From: a virus
Taxonomy: Duplodnaviria; Heunggongvirae; Uroviricota; Caudoviricetes
Reading direction: 5' to 3' (one strand)
IMG/VR virus record: IMGVR_UViG_3300013126_000013
Length of the DNA stretch: 64,000 nucleotides
The notes under the pieces: model-generated
What the model saw: only the letters and a program-made list of their open reading frames with translations
The model's database searches: none
Told to the model about the DNA's origin: nothing
Shown: piece by piece, positions 61,152 through 64,000 of the stretch
How the letters are laid out: every line of letters starts with the position of its first letter
Numbering within the stretch: the first letter of the stretch is position 1
Made by a program: the position numbers and the translations under genes

Positions 61152-61421
61152 TTATTTTCGATTTTCGTTAATTTTTTTCGCTTGTCTTGCTGCCCATGCA
61201 GCTTCAAATCCAATCTCATGTACAACATTCTCGTGGTTGCCCCAGATCCTCTGGATGTATGAGTGATACGTATCCTCAATATCTTTTTCAGACCATGACT
61301 CGGGAATGAGCTGACCCTTAACAATCCAGTAAAATCGATTCGCTTCTTTAATTTGAAACAATGTCATAACGTTTCCTACAAATGTGTTCCGGAAAGAAAA
61401 ATATAGTTGTCGTGTGCCCAC
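61152..61421 (-). CDS. hypothetical protein (89 aa)
   Basis: ORF. Confidence 0.4.
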   Translation of the reverse strand: MGTRQLYFSFRNTFVGNVMTLFQIKEANRFYWIVKGQLIPESWSEKDIEDTYHSYIQRIWGNHENVVHEIGFEAAWAARQAKKINENRK

Positions 61422-61494
61422 ACTGCAAGAAAACAGGAGGTGCCGGTGTCATGCAGCGTTGGCACTTCGACAGGTGCAGATCACTTAACGATTA
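61396..61494 (+). pseudogene. remnant of a HEG C-terminal Zn-finger module
   Basis: plus frame ..CPHCKKTGGAGVMQRWHFDRC.. parallels C-terminus CPHCGKTGKNRSAMSRWHFTNC of the 9166 GIY-YIG gene; preceded by in-frame stop. Confidence 0.35.
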
Positions 61495-61903
61495 AGTGTT
61501 TTAAGTGGCTCCTATTAATGCGGCCACCAATAAAGGCGTTATAGTATTCATCCGGTTTGAGTAGAACATCATTTACTACTTGTTCACGGAGTTCATAGTA
61601 ACTCATTTCGGCAGTAGTCTTACATAGACGTAAGATTTTTCTTTGAAACCGATCAGGGCCAAACTCTTCTATAAGCGACCTTACTTCCTCGCTTGAGCCG
61701 TAGTAATCCATCCAATCAGATTCAGAAACAACCTTGCGTTTCCGTTTTTGACCCTTCAGAGGTTTCAACGTACGAGTTGAACTGAGTTTTTTCTTTCCGA
61801 CATATTTTTTACCATTCAACGTATCGGTTATTTCATAGACGAAACCAGCATGTCCATTAATATCTTCCGAAGAGAATGGCTTCCCTTCGTACGTCCAGCT
61901 CAT
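61481..61903 (-). mobile_element. GIY-YIG homing endonuclease gene
   Basis: GFVYEITDTLNGKKYVGKK GIY-YIG. Confidence 0.65.
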
Positions 61904-62058
61904 TCTTCGTCTAGCTCTTCATCCCTCTCTTCTTCGTCGTCATCGTCATGAAAAAGAGATTCTCCACAAAATGGGCAGAAACAAATCTCACCGTCTTCAT
62001 AATGTTCAATCGAAAATTCTGAGTCGCAAACTTCGCAGACTAAATCTTCTTTGTTCAT
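61900..62058 (-). CDS. small Zn-ribbon acidic protein (52 aa)
   Basis: sub-threshold ORF, GAAGGAG RBS, CEVCD..CPFCGE, ATGA coupling. Confidence 0.35.
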   Translation of the reverse strand: MNKEDLVCEVCDSEFSIEHYEDGEICFCPFCGESLFHDDDDEEERDEELDEE

Positions 62059-62119
62059 GATAGTCTCCTTCAAATAAAATGGGCAGGATTTGCTCCTGCC
62101 CTATTTATCTTTCCGGATA

Positions 62120-63769
62120 TTAGGCTTCACACGCCTGGCAATTCATAATATCACGCACAAGCTGCTGTGCCGGATTTGTCGATCGCTGATAGTAGAAAGT
62201 CTTTACACCAAGTCTCCAACCTTCGATAATAAGAGCATTCACATCCTTTGGTGATACATCAGGAGCAATCAACAAGTTCAATGACTGTGCTTGGTCGACA
62301 TACTTTTGACGAGCTGCTGCTTGCTGAACGATGCTAATAGGTGCAATCTCAGAGAAAGTCTTGAATACATCCTTTTCAGTCTGAGTAAGGAACTCGAGGT
62401 GTTGCACTGATCCACCATGCTGAAGAACAGACATCCAAGTTTCATCGTCATTCTTGCCATGCGCTTCAAGAACATATACGAGGTAAGGATTCTTGTAGGT
62501 GAACTTACCTTTTGCAAGGTCCTTCGTAAAATAATTCGAAGCAAGCGGTTCGATAGAAGGTGATACCTGACCAAGAATAAAACTAGATGAGGTTGTAGGA
62601 GCAATTGCGCAACGAGTAAGATTGCGTACACCATATCCAAGTAATCCTTCTGGTTCGCCATACTCTTCTGCAAGCTCTTTCGAAGCAGAAAGAGAACGGT
62701 CGTCAATGAACTTGGAGATCTTAATCGAAAGCATGTGAGCGTCAAATGATTCAAACGGAATCATCTTTGATTGAAGATATGAATGCCAACCAAGCTGGCC
62801 AAGACCAAGCGCTCTCCAGTGGCGAGCAAAGTTATTTGATGCTTCCATATACTTTACGCCATCGGTCTTTTCGATGTATTCTTCCATAACGGCGTCAAGG
62901 AACCAGATCATGACCTCGACTGCGTCGGTATTCACCCATTCGTCGAAAGTAAGAATATTCATTGAAGCAAGATTACAAACAAACGACCAATCTTTCGATG
63001 AAGGAAGCGCAATCTCCGAGCAAAGATTTGAAGCCCAGATCGGAATATTCTTATCTTTCAAGGCTTGTGGTTTGTTGTTGTTCACAGTATCGGTAAAGAA
63101 CAGGTAAGGATAGCCGGTCTCTTTACGCTTACGAAGAACACGAGCCCATACGGTGCGCTTTTCTGCATCGCCAGCAATCATTTCTTCCATCCACTTGTCA
63201 GTGATGGTTACACCCATCGAGACATTCTGAATAGGACTGCCAACTTCACGAATATCAAGAAACTCCATAATGTCCGGATGTTCGATCGGAAGATATGCCG
63301 CGAACGAGCCACGACGAGTCGACCCTTGGCTGATGACGTCAACACCTGTATCCCAGAGTGCGAGGTAGTAGGCAGGACCGTTTGCCTTACCATTTGCTCC
63401 ACCTTTGATGTCAGTACCGCGAGGGCGAATAGCACCAAGGTAACCTGAAGTACCAGCGCCGAGTTTGCTCTGTGTACAAACTTCACCAAACTTATCGAGG
63501 AAGCTTTCAACCGAGTCTTCGATGAATACTCCATTACAAGAGATAGGAAGACCCTTCTTCGTACCAAAGTTTGACCAGACCGGTGAGGAGAGGGAATAGA
63601 ACCCTCTGCTCATATAGTCATAGAACTTATCAGCGAAACCTTCTTTATCGAGAATACGTTCAGCTGCTTTTGCAATCTCGCGAACTCTCTCTTCAACCGT
63701 CATATTACCGTCAATATATCCACGCGAAAGAAATGTACGTGAATCTTCATTTGCCCATGCAAATCCCAT
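62120..63769 (-). CDS. nrdA: ribonucleotide reductase class I alpha subunit, C-terminal ~550-aa segment
   Basis: ISCNGVFIEDS, NLCSEIALPS catalytic region, KTFYYQRS, C-terminal CQACEA redox tail. Confidence 0.8.
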   Translation of the reverse strand: MGFAWANEDSRTFLSRGYIDGNMTVEERVREIAKAAERILDKEGFADKFYDYMSRGFYSLSSPVWSNFGTKKGLPISCNGVFIEDSVESFLDKFGEVCTQSKLGAGTSGYLGAIRPRGTDIKGGANGKANGPAYYLALWDTGVDVISQGSTRRGSFAAYLPIEHPDIMEFLDIREVGSPIQNVSMGVTITDKWMEEMIAGDAEKRTVWARVLRKRKETGYPYLFFTDTVNNNKPQALKDKNIPIWASNLCSEIALPSSKDWSFVCNLASMNILTFDEWVNTDAVEVMIWFLDAVMEEYIEKTDGVKYMEASNNFARHWRALGLGQLGWHSYLQSKMIPFESFDAHMLSIKISKFIDDRSLSASKELAEEYGEPEGLLGYGVRNLTRCAIAPTTSSSFILGQVSPSIEPLASNYFTKDLAKGKFTYKNPYLVYVLEAHGKNDDETWMSVLQHGGSVQHLEFLTQTEKDVFKTFSEIAPISIVQQAAARQKYVDQAQSLNLLIAPDVSPKDVNALIIEGWRLGVKTFYYQRSTNPAQQLVRDIMNCQACEA

Positions 63770-63779
63770 TTTATTCTCC

Positions 63780-64000
63780 TTAGAATAGATCTTCAGCTGT
63801 AATTGCTTTGCCCTTCGAATATTCGACCGGTCTCTTTTGGAAGAAGTCAGTCATATTCGCGCCGTAGAGTTCTTCATCGAACCAATGCGTTTTCTTTACG
63901 AGTTCAGCATCATATACAATCGCAGAGCTGTCAAAACCGATTTGATCGATAGACTCTTTCATGCGCTTAGCGATAAAGGCTTTCAAAATGCTTGCATCAA
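63780..64000 (-). CDS. nrdA: ribonucleotide reductase alpha, N-terminal segment (partial; ORF continues beyond window)
   Basis: no in-frame stop to window edge; stop TAA sits in AAGGAGAA RBS of downstream segment. Confidence 0.5.
   Translation of the reverse strand, partial: DASILKAFIAKRMKESIDQIGFDSSAIVYDAELVKKTHWFDEELYGANMTDFFQKRPVEYSKGKAITAEDLF

Noticed and set aside
1-64000. CRISPR array, integrase/att sites, transposase/IS elements
   Set aside because: No direct-repeat/spacer array, tyrosine/serine recombinase or transposase signature was seen. The mobile content is of the homing-endonuclease type only.

Overview
This window reads as the early/auxiliary-gene region of a large T4-like lytic phage. 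Genes are dense and almost all on the minus strand, with ATGA-type overlaps and strong AGGAG ribosome-binding sites.

Main features:
- **Repeated promoter.** At least 36 copies of one sigma70-like promoter (TTGACA-T -35, 17-bp spacer, A/T-rich -10) are scattered through the window, all firing leftward on the minus strand.
- **tRNA cluster (46.9-59.3 kb).** About 30 tRNA genes, including type-II Ser(x4), Tyr and Leu(UAA), paired Gln(CUG/UUG) and Lys(CUU/UUU), and an initiator-like Met. The cluster is interleaved with homing endonuclease genes (HEGs), tRNA half-fragments, odd tRNA-like genes and non-coding spacers.
- **tRNA/translation toolkit.** CCA-adding enzyme, PTH2 peptidyl-tRNA hydrolase, an Rnl1-type RNA ligase split in two by a GIY-YIG HEG, a PNK-like kinase, a HAD phosphatase and a ppGpp-hydrolase-like HD protein.
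- **Nucleotide/DNA metabolism.** NrdA encoded as two ORFs, DNA ligase, RNase H, PhoH, NadV/NatV NAD salvage, glutaredoxin and a NucA endonuclease.
- **Other auxiliary genes.** CobS/CobT-like AAA+/vWA pair, SPFH, Dps, SpeD-like decarboxylase, and an endolysin plus holin-like pair.
- **Homing endonucleases.** At least 11 HEG genes: GIY-YIG, HNH, and Zn-finger proteins with PD-(D/E)xK or Vsr-like nuclease domains.

The two most unusual observations:
1. The module '5' tRNA half - HEG - intact tRNA - 3' tRNA half' recurs three times in the tRNA cluster, with a fourth looser instance.
2. A plus-strand gene block (40.8-46.5 kb) encodes CsgF-like and CsgG-like curli secretion proteins, a curlin-repeat protein, a FecR-like protein and a CHASE2 nucleotidyl cyclase. 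This is a curli-type amyloid secretion and signalling module inside a phage genome.

Coordinates are 1-based; tRNA and promoter ends are accurate to a few nucleotides. No tools were run; all calls come from reading the sequence and the ORF translations.
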